A stretch of 64,000 bases of DNA from Mobula hypostoma. Its lineage: Eukaryota. A program made the translations under genes and the position numbers. The stretch covers positions 21,268,001 to 21,332,000 of the forward strand of contig NC_086115.1 in NCBI RefSeq assembly GCF_963921235.1, read 5' to 3'. Shown in pieces: positions 51,048 through 63,699 of this stretch. Numbering within the stretch: the stretch's first letter is position 1; each line of letters starts with the position of its first letter. The notes under the pieces are model-generated. The model saw only the letters and a list, made by a program, of their open reading frames with translations. It searched no databases and was not told the DNA's origin.

Positions 51048-51214
51048 CTAAAGTTCAAACAGAAAATATTAGGACATAAAACTAGAACTTACTGTTAACA
51101 GGTAACAATGCTTGCTCATTTCTCTACCCATTATTTCACCACAGAAGTTAAAAGAAATTTCCACAGAAGTGCAGAGAGCCACCAGGCAGTAGTATTGATT
51201 TTGTTTTATTGTTC

Positions 51215-51452
51215 TATAGAGATACGGCATGGTATCGGGCCATTCTGGCCCAATGAGCTTGCACTGCCCAATTACACCCATGGGACCAATCAACCTACTA
51301 AACCATATGACCTTGGCATGTGGGAGGAAACAGGAGCACCCAGAGGAAATCTACACATTCACAAGGAGAGCATACAAAGTCATTACAGACAATGGCAGGA
51401 AACGAACCCGGGCTGCTGGCATTGTAAAATGTTACACTAATTGCTACGCTAC
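51215..51452 (-). mobile_element. tRNA-derived V-SINE (HE1/HER1-like)
   Basis: Minus-strand GGGTGCTCCTGTTTCCTCCCACA V-domain and tRNA-like head; CR1-like tail. Confidence 0.7.
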
Positions 51453-51574
51453 TGTGATCTTTGAACAGGGCCATCAGTGTTCTTGTCTCATTGAGTTATA
51501 AATTCTCAAAAGTCACCTGCAGAATAGTTTTATACCATGTTTGAACACTAAGTTTGTTGACTTCTCTGCAATTA

Positions 51575-51945
51575 CACTTAGTGGCCAATTTATTAGGTAC
51601 ATCTACACTCCTGCTAATTAACACAAATATTTAATCAGCCAATCATGTGGCAGCAACTCAATGCTATAAAAGCATGCTGACATGGTCGTGAGTTTCATTT
51701 GTGGTGCAGATCAAATATCACAATGGGTAAGAAATGTGTTCTAAGTGACTGACCATAGAATGATTGTTGGTGCCAGATGGGATGGTTTGAGTATCTCAGA
51801 AATTGTTGTTCTCCTGGGATTTCCATGCACAACAGTCTCTACAGTTTATAGAAAATGATGTGATAAACAAAAAAAACAACATCCACTGAGTGGCTATTCT
51901 GTGAGCAAAAATGCCTTGTTAATGAGAGGGGTCGGAGCAGAATGG
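51575..51945 (+). mobile_element. Tc1-like transposon 5' fragment
   Basis: TA + CACTTAGTGGCC.. TIR-like start; ATG 51723 MGKKCVLSD..MIVGAR..LSISE..LLGF..TTVSTVY paired-like HTH remnant. Confidence 0.75.
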
Positions 51946-53003
51946 AGGCAAAGAATGTGAACAAAGGGAGCCTTTTCTGGTCGGCTGTCAGTGACTAGGG
52001 GTGTTCCGCAGGGCTCAGTTTTGGGATTGCCTCTTTTTAGGTTATATGTCAATAATTTGGAGATGGAATTGGTGACTTTGTGGCCATATCTGTGGTTGAT
52101 ACAAAGATATGTAGAGGGGCAGGAAGTGTTGAGGAAGCAGGGAGTTTGCAGAATGACTTAAATAGATTAGGAAACTGGGCAAAGAAGAGACATATGGAAT
52201 GTAGTATCGGGAACTGTATGGTCATACTCTTTGGTAGAAGGAACAAAAATGTAGACTATTTTTCTAAACGGGCAGAAAGTACAAAAATCTGAGGTGCAAA
52301 GGGACTTGAGAGTCCTTGTGCAGTTTCACTGTTAACTTGCAGGTTGAGTTGGTGGTAAGGAAGGCAAATGCAATGTTAGCATTCATTTCAAGAGGACTAG
52401 AATATAAAAACAAGGATGCAATGCTGAGGCTTTATAAAGCATTGGTAAGGTCTTACTCGGAGAATTATGAGCAGTTTTGGGGCCCTTATCTAAGAAAGGA
52501 TGTGCCGATATTGGTGAGGGTTCAGAGGAGGTTCACGAGAATAATTCCGGGAATGAAAGGGTTATTGTATGAGGAACATTTGATGGCTCTGGTTCTGTAC
52601 TTGATGGAATTTAGAAGATTGAGGAGGGATCCCATTGATGCCCATCGAATGTTAAAAGCCCCGGATAGAGTAGATGTGTAGTGGATGTTTCCTATACTGG
52701 GTAGGTCTACGACCAGGGCACAGCCTCAGATTAGTGGGACTTCCATTTAGAATAGAGGTGGAGAGGAATTTCTTTAGCCAGAGGCTAGTGAATCTGTGAA
52801 ATGTGTTGCCACAGGTGGCTGCGGAGGTCAGGTCATTGGGTGTATTTAAGGTGGAGGTTTAAAGGTTCTTGATTAATCAGCATGTAAAAGGCAAGAAGGC
52901 AAGATAATGGAGTTGAGAGGGAAAATGGATCAGCCTTGTTAAAATGGTGGAGCAGACTCAATGAGCTGAATGGTGTAATTCTTCGCCCATCTCTTATGAT
53001 CTA
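51946..53003 (+). mobile_element. CR1 3' ~1 kb
   Basis: GVPQGSVLG, KANAMLAFISRGLEYK, LYKALVR, VQRRFTR. Confidence 0.85.
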
Positions 53004-53486
53004 ACTCCAATGCAGATAAAACATCCAAATTAGTGAAATGAAATAATGGTTCAAGGGCACTAGTTGAGTGATTAGTATGGTAACCTAGTGTGAGCTCAGA
53101 CTCCATCAGATAAACTGCAACCTGGATTCCATTACATCTGTTTATTTGTGGATTGGCTCAAACTCTCCTAGATGTAACACAATTGGTTCACTGTCTCCGT
53201 CTTGGAGGTTTGCAACCTCAGTCCCATGAGATTTACTGCCTAAATAGTCCCACATAACTATGGAACAGCAAGAAATACTGTAAAATTATCTATATCTGAA
53301 CAGCAAGTAATAACAAAAAACTTAATGCCATCCCTTTGTCAATATTGCCATAGAGATTTCATGGATGATATCCCCCAATATCAACAATCTGAAATAAATT
53401 CATACTTAAATATTGAAACTTATAACTATTTACATTAGTTATTATTTTGTTATAAAGAACCTTGGTATTGTCATATGAAAACAAAC

Positions 53487-53585
53487 CTGTTTAATTATGT
53501 CTGTAATCTGAAGTTCACTTTTCTGGTTAGAAAGATCTGCCTTCACCTCTGAGTATGTATCATTTATAATGGCCAGGAACATATT
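53487..53585 (-). CDS. PKD2L1: PKD2L1 coding exon (end of S6, 99 bp)
   Basis: ttcag| and |gtttgt; [33 protein letters not shown]. Confidence 0.95.
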
Positions 53586-54149
53586 CTGAAATAGAAAACA
53601 GTTAATTAATTAAGTTAATTGGCACGAATAATTCTTCCTTTTCCATCTACAAAATTTGCATTTTGCTTCACCGTTTGTGGTTTGACCCTGGTCTGAACTG
53701 GCACTACAAAGAGCAATGGACAGATGATGGTTTGCCCCTTGTCGTTGTTACTTGATTTGATGGGGAGTATTTTATTTTTGCTAGGCTGACAAAATGATTT
53801 GTATCTTCAGAGATATTAACTCTCCCCAGATTGCAGATTCTGCTTTTAATGCTGATGTTCCTTTGTTCTGGCCTCTGGAGGTGCAGTTCTTCTTGTATGC
53901 ACATCACTTCCTATTTGTAAGCTGCTTTTATACGTCATTTCCTGTACAGATTAATTTTGATTTGATTTGAAGCACACAGTGGAAAGATGTTCATCTCCAT
54001 CCTCTCTTTATTTGCCCTTGAAACACCGACATCTTTTCACAACTAAGAAATCACATTCAAAACCCTGAAGAAAGCTTCCATCCTGGGTGATTTTTGAGAA
54101 AGTGTTTAACTCATTGCATAGGTGTGTACATACACACTGTGAGGGCAGC

Positions 54150-56810
54150 AGAGTGAAAAGGTAACTCACCTTCAGAGGCTTTGCCTGTGAACAGAAGAAG
54201 TGTTGGAATGCCGTAGACAATGCCAGCTTCCAATCTGGGCAATGTCAATCACCGAGATCTGGAAGTCAGGTCAGGCCAGAATATGGCTCATTGGTTGCAA
54301 CTTTACGATGCTCAAACGAAACCACAATTAGCACAGCTGCAGCATGAGCTCACGCCAGAGCCGACGCAGCAATAATGAGAGTAGTGTGTGCTAAAGGTGA
54401 GGTTGAGATGCAAATAGAGAAAGCTCAGATAGACATGGAGAGAGCATGTGTACAGGCTACATGAAGTGTGCTCAAGCTGGGGTGTGAAGCTGAGGCTGCC
54501 TCATCAAAGGCAAAGGTGTATGAAGCAGCAGCTGACTTAGACAGTGCTGAGTCTATAACTGAATATCAGTCATGTTTTGTCGTCACATCAGCCAATGCAT
54601 CTTGCTAAACACCCTGTATCTATAAAAGTGTCAGTGCTTGGGCTTTATAAAGAGAAGCTGTCCACGCCACACAGCCAACATGCTTTTCACATCCTCCAAG
54701 TATTGACAATCAAAGCCTACATCAGCAAAGACCCACAGCACTCCCCTTCTGCAGTACCATCACAGCAAAGACTTCAGTCAAGAGCTGTTACTGCTTCCAT
54801 TCCCATTTGTACAGATTTGGACAGCATGAACATTCGTCCATCCCAGGACGTGTATTTGTGATATTGGCTGATCAGAGCAATGTGTCTCTGGCAAAATCAG
54901 CATTCTTTGACACAGTATTTAAAGCTCTGTTTCCCCATACACTCTAAAGACATGCTTTGTAACATCAGAAGCTGCTGGCAGAAGAACCAGTGGATTTATC
55001 ATGGAGTCAATAGGAGGGGAACTCTGCTTACCCTTGCCAACTTTCATTGAGTGCGACCATATTCCCAACAACAGGGATGAACGCACAACTCCTGAAGCTG
55101 CAGTCATTCACACCTTAAAACCATGGCTAAAAAGATTCCCCCACTTGACTCTTCTGCTGAAACTCTCCTGTTGCTTGGCAGAGGCGCCATACATGCACGA
55201 GGTGCACGAGGTGCACGAACAGCACAGTGGTCAGCACAATGCACCTTATGCCCAACAGCTGGCTCAGGGTTGGGTCACAGCGGGTGAAGTCTGTCCTGAT
55301 GGTGCTCATCAGCCCACTGTCAGCACCTTTAAGGCTAATGTCCTGGAGAACAGTTGCCCTAGTCACTTCAGGCCCTGTGATAGTAGAATATTTATGAAAG
55401 CAAAGACTGTAGGTAATCAAACATACTTAGCTCTGCTCAACTATATTTAGGCAAGCTGATATTCTGTTACTTGGAAGCTGTTTATAAACTGGCACCTTCC
55501 ATTGAAGGTGAGGTCTTCCTTCAAATAGTGAACAAAAAATTTAGAAAAGATGAGTCAAACAGTTGGGTAACTCCCTTTTCTTTCCACTCTCCATGATAAC
55601 TCTTACCAAACAATAGAGAGAAGGCCCTTAGTCAACTCATTGCCCCCAATCCAGTTAGATTAAATTAGATTATGAGGACACGCAGTCCTCTTTTATTGTC
55701 ATTTAGTAATGCATGCATTAAGAAATGATACAATGTTCCTCCAGAATGATATCACAGAAACACAAGACAAACCAAGACTGAAAAACCTGACAAAAATCAC
55801 ATAATTATAACATATAGTTACAACAGTGCAAAGCAATACCGTAATTTGATAAAGAACAGACCATAGGCATAGTAAAAAAAAGTCTCAAAGTCTCTCGAAA
55901 GTCCCATCATCTCACGCAGATGGTTGAAGAAAGAAAACTCTCCCTGTCATGAGCTTCCAGTGCCGCAAACTTGCCGATGCAGCACCCTGGAAGCACCCGA
56001 CCACAGCCGACTCTTGAGTCTGTCCGAAAACTTCGAGCCTCTGACCAGCTCTCCGACACCGAGCACCGAACACCATCTCTGCCAAGTGCTTCGACCCCGG
56101 CCCCGGCAACAGGCAATCGGCAAAGCCGAGGATTTGAGGCCTTCCCCTCTGGAGATTCTTGATCGCACAGTAGCAGCGGCAGTGAAGCGGGCATTTCAGA
56201 GGTTTCTTCAGATGTTCCTCTGTGCTTCTCACGGCTGTCTCCATAAAATCAGGATTATGCACGGTACCTAATTCACAAATATGATATCATTTCAGAGCAG
56301 CCACGCGCGCTGCATTGTGCCGTCATCTTCTCCTCTCCTCCTCAATTGAGAAGGAAACCAGAAATGAACGATCATTTCATGGAGTTCACGGAGAGACTCT
56401 TCAGGAATTCTCATGCTGGGTTAGTGCCTCCACCAGATCCTAACAAAGTAAACTGGTATTTGCCCAACTTTAGGGTTTACCACCCCCAAAACATGCTCAA
56501 ATATGAACTGTCTTTGATTCAAGTATATCGTTTAAAAGCATATCTCTGAACAATGTGCTCTTGCGGGGTCCAGAACTTATTAACAGTCTTCTCAGTGTCC
56601 TCACGAGCTTCAGAACTGAGTCCATTGCAGTGATGGCAGACATTGAACAACTGTTCCACAGCTTCCAAGTGAGAGAGGATCATCGAGACTACCTCAGGCT
56701 CTTGTGGTTCCATGACCACCAACTGGACAATGAGATTCTGGAGTACCGCATGAGAGTTCATGTATTTGGTAACTGTTCCTCACTAACTGTGCCAATCTTT
56801 GGCCTTAAGG
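54150..56810 (+). mobile_element. BEL/Pao LTR retrotransposon relic in a PKD2L1 intron (boundaries approximate, LTRs not resolved)
   Basis: ILADQSNVSL protease-like motif (~54862), WYLP..VYHP, LLRGPELINSL..ADIEQLFHSF..DHRDYLRLLW..YRMRVHVFGN. Confidence 0.85.
55652..56345 (-). mobile_element. Non-coding retroposon (GC-rich head, AATAAA + short-repeat tail) inserted in the BEL element
   Basis: BEL sequence resumes on both sides; minus-strand AATAAA at ~55691-55696 and (AATCT)-type tail; no RT motif seen. Confidence 0.6.
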
Positions 56811-57043
56811 GTTTTCACTTTGCGTTGCACACATCAGTAGTGGCTTTTTCCATTCAGCAGATATTCCAAGACTGATAGCGTGTCACTGAGAGACTACTGG
56901 AAGTGATATACAGCACTCATCTCCTGAATTTTTGCTCTCGTGTGTGAGGTGTAGCTCTTCTCAAGCACATCATCTTCCAATTGACAAATCTCTGTTCTAG
57001 ACCTTCTATCATTTTTAATTAATTCAGTGCAGTTGCAACTTAC

Positions 57044-57164
57044 CAGCAAAACAAAGAAGACAAAGAAAACATAGGTGACAAAATAAATTGGACCCAAGAT
57101 TCTGTTGGCATTGTCGATCTCATCAAAGTTGAAGTCTCCAAGGATTATTCGAAACTGAGTAAAG
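57044..57164 (-). CDS. PKD2L1: PKD2L1 coding exon (pore loop, selectivity filter, S6; 121 bp)
   Basis: ccag| and |gtaagt; [40 protein letters not shown]. Confidence 0.96.
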
Positions 57165-57387
57165 CTGGAAAGAAATTAAAGTAGAATTAGATGAAGAGAA
57201 GCAAATAAGGATCTGATTGAGCACACCCTGTGAATGGACCATGTCAATACACCATTCATAATTTAACGAAGTATTTCTATTCCTTCCTGCATTATTTCTA
57301 AATTTGCCCCAAGATCACATGTAGACCACACTGTTTCTTTTATATTGTCTTTGCAATTTCCCCTAACGCTTGATGACTCTTGAACAT

Positions 57388-57656
57388 GGGGCAGTATGGT
57401 AGTGTAGTGGTTAGCACAATGCTTTACAGTGCCCGTGACCGAGGTTCAATTCCCACTACTGTCTGTAAGGAGTTTGTATGTTCTCCCTGTGACCATGTGT
57501 GTTTCCTTTGGGTGCCCTGGTTTCCTCCCACAGTCCAAAGGCATACCAGTTGGTAGGTTAATTGGTCATTGCAAAGCGTCCCGTGATTAGGCTTGGGTTA
57601 AATTGGGGGTTGTTGGGTGACGTGGCTCGAAGGGCCAGAAGGGCCTATTCCGCTCT
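57388..57656 (+). mobile_element. tRNA-derived V-SINE (HE1/HER1-like)
   Basis: A box TAGTGTAGTGG, B box GGTTCAATTCC, V-domain GGAGTTTGTATGTTCTCC..GGTTTCCTCCCACAGTCCAAAG, CR1-like tail. Confidence 0.85.
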
Positions 57657-57832
57657 ACTCTGGCTGCTCCGGGAATGGATCTGGGGACTCAGTCTGGTTC
57701 GGCTAGCTTCCATTGTCTGCATAATTTATGTTTCTCCCTTTTTCTCTGCAGTGGCATTTGGTTTTATTTTAATTGGGTTATTAGGGTTTCTTGCTTTGTG
57801 GCTGCCTGCAGGCAGACAAATTTCAAGGTGTA

Positions 57833-58291
57833 AACATGAGGCAATCTGCAGAAGCTGGAATTTCAAGCAACACACATAAATTGCTGGTGAACGCAGCAGG
57901 GCAGGCAGCATCTCTAGGAAGGGGTACAGTCAACGTTTCGGGCCGAGACCCTTTGTCAGGACTAACTGAAAGAAGAGCTAGTAAGAGATTTGAAAGTGGG
58001 AGGGGGAGATCCGAAATGATAGGAGAAGACAGGAGGGGGAGAGATGGAGCCAAGAGCTGGACAGCCGATTGGCAAAAAGGATACGAGAGGATCATGGGAC
58101 AGGAGGCCTAGGGAGAAAGAAAAGGGGGAAGGGGGAAGGGGGAAGCCCAGAGGATGGGCAAGTGGTATAGAGAGAGGGACAGAGGGAGAAAAAGGAGAGA
58201 GAGAAAAAGAATGTGTATATATAAATAAATAAATATCAGATGGGGTACGAGGGGGAGCTGGGGCATTAGCAGAAGTTTGAGAAGTCAATGT
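57833..58291 (-). mobile_element. Penelope 3' end (ORF terminus + pseudo-LTR with mutated hammerhead core CTGACAA)
   Basis: Reverse complement of ~2400-2828 plus the pLTR extension seen at 367-395. Confidence 0.9.
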
Positions 58292-58627
58292 TATACGTTC
58301 TTGGATAATAAATGTTTGAATAAAAATCGCCTCATTTTCATTACTCGATATTCAGTCTTACCTCTTCAGCCTCTCCGCTTGAATTTCCAAACTGAAGTGG
58401 GAAAAATACTTCTAAATGCTGGGTTCCTGAAACGTGGGTTCAAAACTTACTCAACAATGAAGTGCGATTCATCTAAATGTAGCGAGAGCTCTGGGGCAAT
58501 GTGTTCCCAAAAAGATTGGAACATGCAGACTTGGTTAAGGAAAATCCCTAACTATTTTAAGGGCAAATCAGTAACTAGGGACCCATTAGAGGGCAAAGGG
58601 GCAATCTCTGTATGGAGTCAGAGGGCA

Positions 58628-59112
58628 TAATCAGAATCAGGTTTATTATCACTGGCATGTGACATGAAATTTGTTAACTTAGCAGCAGCAATTCAATGCA
58701 ATACATAATCTAGCAGAGAAAAATAAATAAATAATAATAATAATAAACAAGTAAATCAATTATGTATATTGAATAGATTTTTAAAAACGTGCAAAAATAG
58801 AACAGCAGTATGTTAAAAAAAAAAGTGAGGTAATGGTTCAAAGTCCATTTAGGAATCAGATGGCAGAGGGGAAGAAGCTGTTCCTGAATCGCTGAATGTG
58901 TACCTTCAGGCTTCTGTACCTCCCACCTGATGGTAACAGTGAGAAAAGGGCATGCCCTGGGTGCTGGAGGTCCTTAATAATGGACGCTGCCTTTCTGAGA
59001 CACTGCTCCCTAAAGATGTCCTGGGTACTTTGTAGGCTAGTACACAAGATGGAGCTGACTAGATTTACAACCTTCTGCAGCTTCTTTCAGTCCTGTGTAG
59101 TAGCCCCTCTAT
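58628..59112 (-). mobile_element. Rex1-like LINE 3' end
   Basis: CLRKAASIIKDLQHPGHALFSLLPSGGRYRSL..RFRNSFFPSAI; (TCTGAT)n tail. Confidence 0.8.
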
Positions 59113-59626
59113 ACCGCTGAGATCCTTAACCTCTCGCTTTGGCAGTCTGAGGTACCCACCTGCTTCAAGCAGTCTTCAATTATATTGGTGCCAGAAAAGT
59201 AAGTGGTAACAAACATGCTACTGATTTTTTTTTGCACCCTTTCTAGGTTAATGATATCCTGCCTTTAGAGAGGAGCTGAGGACTGTAGTACAATTTGTGC
59301 TCAACATCCTTTGGAACAAAAGATAGTCCTCACTGTTGATCCGATGCAGCCAATCACACTGAAAACCTTACAGCAAAACCTGTGGGGTTGTTCCTGCTTT
59401 CTAGAAAAAAAAATCTAACCTTGATGGCAGTCTTACATTTAATTAACAATTTTTAATTGAATTCTGTCAAATAATCATTAATCTGTAAATTAATTAGCTA
59501 TTATCTCTGCACTAATATTTCCAAATGTATTGGAAAGTATAATGAAAAATAATTTATGATTTTTGTCATTGTAATTATGTATACTTCTAATGTTTTATAT
59601 GTGGTCTGAAGCAGTAAAGTACTCAC

Positions 59627-59808
59627 ATGCACTTGAGGAAGGTACTGAAGTTTTGCACTTGGGTTCCAAACAGAAGATATCCCAACTGAGCATAGGCGAA
59701 GAAAACAATGAAGAACATAATTGCAAAGCCAAGAATGTCTTTGGCACATCGAGCTAGAGTTGACGACAGCTGGGTCATTGTCTTGTTAAAGCTAATATAT
59801 TTGAAGAT
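59627..59808 (-). CDS. PKD2L1: PKD2L1 coding exon (S4-S5 linker, S5; 182 bp)
   Basis: ctcag| and |gtgagt; [60 protein letters not shown]. Confidence 0.97.
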
Positions 59809-60856
59809 CTGAGTTAAAAATAAGAGAAATATTAAGAAAACAATCTTTGTGAAAATAAACTACAAACATACTCAGTTCCCAGTCAATTGAGTCCACGATC
59901 TTCACTGGGAATTGTTTCAAACTGAACAATTGTGTTGAGTAAATTAAATACACTTGACTCTAGGTTTATACTTCCGATCTCATATTGGTTCCAATACCAA
60001 GACGGTCTATTTCTAACTCCACTATGCGGCATGACTCATCCCCTTCCTCAGATACTTCACCAATCCGCCACTAAAACCCTCATCCATGCTTTTTACTTCC
60101 TGACTTGATTTTTCAATACAAACATGAATGGCCTTTCTCTTTCTACTTTTTGTGGCCTTGAGCAGTCCAAAACTTCTACCATCCACTCCATCCTGAGTTT
60201 GCTGACCTATATTGTCCTAAATCTTCCTTTGGGCTCACTGCTGCCTATCTACATAATCTTTTTCATCTCTACACACCTGGGCATCTCCCAGTTTTAACTC
60301 TCGTAAATATTTTAGACAAATCAATGCATTTGAGTTAAAGCAACGAGAAACTAACACCTCTAAGAAATGACACTGTGCAAAAAGGCATTGTAATTTAAGA
60401 CTGATTTTGATCATGATGAGCTACAGATTCAGATCTGTTTAATAAACAATGCACGCTGAGGAATTACTCTTAAGCCCTGCTAAATTTTTATCTTTTAATA
60501 ACAATAAATCAAACTAAAGTATTTAGTGACAACAGTAGCTAAGGAATTAGTAGTATAATCAGCAGGTTCATATTTCCTGTTGTAGTCTTAATATTAAAGA
60601 ACAAATCTAGCAATATTCATAGAAATCAGCAAATTGGCAACAGTGCAGTCAGCTGGGGAGATGATAACCATCTCAGAGAGTGGAACACTGAGGGCAGACA
60701 GTGGGAATGTCATGTGTGAACAATATTCTGCAAGAACTCTTAACAATGGCAAAAAAAGTTCACTCAAATTTAAGATACATTATATATACAGTGGAAACTG
60801 AAGATGCAATGTGCAGAATTCTTAAACTAATTAGTTATGACTAGAATTTTTGCTAC

Positions 60857-61027
60857 CTTGATCCAAGCAAAGAACAAGTTGACAGCATTCATATTATTGT
60901 ACTGGGTCTGCCAAAATGCCAAGAACTCAAAGTCAGCGTAGGATTCTGGGTCGGTCAGCAGTTCTCCCATCAGTATGTTCACTTTAATGGTGCGGAAGAT
61001 GTGGAATCCTATCGAGAGCAAGGCGAG
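60857..61027 (-). CDS. PKD2L1: PKD2L1 coding exon (S3-S4, 171 bp); upstream exons lie beyond the window
   Basis: ttcag| and |gtagca; [57 protein letters not shown], where [25 protein letters not shown] points to PKD2L1 rather than PKD2. Confidence 0.97.
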
Positions 61028-61239
61028 CTGAAACAGAGGAACGGAACACTGGCTTCTTATTCACTACTCTCATAAAATCTAGAAATCAGATTTTAATGGA
61101 AAATAATATTCATTATTTTTATATATCCTTAGCCTTTTCTAATATTGGTCATGTCACTCTATTCAACATCATGTTACAATAACAAGTGGGGCACATATAT
61201 TAATGGATATAATGATAAATGTTACTGATACAGCTTTTA

Positions 61240-62668
61240 GATGGAGTTATACAGCATGGACACAGGTCCTTCGGCCCATCTCATTCATGCAGACCAAGTT
61301 GACTACCTGAGCTAATTCCATTTGCCTGCATTTGCTCCTATAAAACCCTTCCAGTTCATCTACCACTCTACATACCCCCTCAACCCCTGCATAGAAAAAG
61401 CCTCCTCAGACCCCCTTTAAATTTCACCCCTCTCACCTTAAACCTATGCCCTCTGGTTTTGGACTTTCTACCCTGGGGAAAAGGACTGATTATTCACCTT
61501 CTCTATACCCCTCATGACTTACTGTATATACCCCCTCAGCCTTCTATGCACTAAGGAAAAAAAATAACCAGCCTATCTAGTCTCTCCTTATAACCCATGT
61601 CCTCCAATCCCAGTAACATCCTTGTGAATCTTTTCTGCACCCTTTCCAGCTTAATAATATCCTCTTTGTAGCTAGGAAACCAGACCTGCGGTTAATGTTC
61701 AAAGCATAGCCTCACCAGTGTAACACATCATCCGAACTCTTGTACTCACTGCCCTGACTGATGGAGACTAGCAAGCCAAAAGCCTTCTTCACTACCCTGA
61801 TTACCTGTGCCACCACTTTCAGGGATCCATGCTCCTGTACTTGTAGGTCTCTCTATTGGTCAGTACCCTCCAGGGCTCTACCATTTACTGCGTAAGACCT
61901 GTCCGTGTTTAAATTACCAAGTTTATTTTAAATGGCTTTTAAATTGGCAAAGTAATGTTATATCCATAAGCGCAATTATATACACAGAACAAGAATAACT
62001 ATAAGTTGATACACTTGTAAACTGCATCAGTCTACATAATAAGATAACTTACAAATCGTAGATAAGTTTATTGAGTGCTTTTGCCCATTGGGAGTGCATA
62101 TCTTAAATGCACTCAAATATAAGGTTCTGGATCAGAAATAAATAACTCGAAAATCTGCCCACAATAGGCAAAAGATTGCCACTTAGTGAAGCGGCCACTT
62201 AGTGTTCAACCACTAACTCATAACCGGATAATCAAAAATATTTTGTCACCAAAGGACCACAACACATAGGAGCAGAATTAGGCCATTCGGCCCATTGAGT
62301 CCACTCTGGCATTTCATCATGACTGATCCTGGATCCCATTCAACCCATACACCTGCCCTCTCACCGTAACCCTTTATGCCCCAACCAGTCAGGAACTTAT
62401 CAACTCTGCTTTGAATATACCCACGGATTCGGCCTCCACTGCAGTCTGTGGCAAAGCATTCCACAGATTCACTCCTCTTTGGCTAAAAAAAACCCCTTTC
62501 TTGTTTCAGTTCTGAAAGGCCGCCCCTCAATTTTGAGGCTGTGCCCTCTAGTTCTGGATACCCCCACCAGAGGAAACATCCTCTCCACATCCACCTTATC
62601 TGGTCCTTTCAACATTCGGTAGGTTTCAATGAGATCCCCCTGCATTCTTCTAAATTCCAGTGAGTACA
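61240..62668 (-). mobile_element. Two CR1 3' fragments (~61240-61920, ~62260-62668)
   Basis: YSLEFRRMQGDLIETYRML..SRTRGHSLKI. Confidence 0.75.
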
Positions 62669-62834
62669 GTGAGTCACAGACAAGTATCCTTTGCTCAGTC
62701 AGATATCCAGCTTGACTTGCAACGTGTTGTAGGTGTTTCATTGAATGGAGGAGAAGTGATAGGAGCTGCTTTGTTCCGGCACTCTCCACACCAAACATGG
62801 GGAGAACTACCAGAATACTCCCCGTGATTCTCCC

Positions 62835-63699
62835 TGATTCTGGTTTAAAATGGCGCTACCGAAGGTGTGCGGCAGTCTACTGGTAGTTCGGAAGGCAGGA
62901 AATTCGACTAAAAACATGACTTATAACATCTTTCCTGAAGCAGATTCTGGTGAACTATCGCCGTAGACAGTGAGGAGGCAGGCAGAGGCGAGGCTCAGTC
63001 AGGGGTGAGCCGAGCTGGAGCATTGCGCGGTGCAACGTGTTCGAGCCAGGGTCGCAGACGGAGTTGGTGGTATCACTGCCGGAGACGGAGTGAGCGATTT
63101 GGAGAGGCGTCGACGCGGAAGAGTTTCAACGCTCGTCCACCTATCCCGGGTGTGAGGTTGGATCACTCCAAGTACTGAGCCGATTTGGTGAGACTGAGAG
63201 TGGTTTTGGGCTGGGCAGTCCAAGCATATCGTGGCGCCGGGGTCTGCGTCTTAGAGCAGCGATCGGACAATTTAAACACCGGCACAGATAGACTGGAAGC
63301 CTGAGCTTCGGGAATAGAGGCGAGGGTCTGCTCAATAGATTGCTCACTCTCCCACGAATGTTCATTCTTTCTCTGCTGCGCTGAGGCTGTGAACTGATCC
63401 AGCTGCTGTGCATTTTTGCCTCACTGGTGTGATGAATTGTGACTGAGGCTTGGGCCTACTTAGTTGCTCCGGGAGTGGATCTGAGGGCTCGCTCTGGTTC
63501 AGAATGCTGTTGGCTTATTTCTGTTGACTGCATATTAATGTCTATCCCTCTTTCTCTACGCAATGGTGTTTGGTCATTTTTTTTTAAAAATTGGGTTATT
63601 TGGATTTCTTGCTTTGTGGTTGTCTGCAGGCAGGCAAACTGCAAGTTGTACAATTTATACAATTTGATAATAAATGTGCTTTGAATCTTTGACTCTTTG
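62835..63699 (+). mobile_element. Non-coding retroposon with GC/CpG-rich head and LINE-like tail
   Basis: AAAATGGCG at 62847; 3' part resembles 57660-57830; AATAAA at 63669 + (CTTTGA)n tail. Confidence 0.55.

Noticed and set aside
57388..57460. Possible tRNA gene
   Set aside because: It is the head of a V-SINE
46749..61027. Assignment as PKD2 or PKD2L2
   Set aside because: S3-S5 and C-terminal peptides ([37 protein letters not shown]) fit PKD2L1
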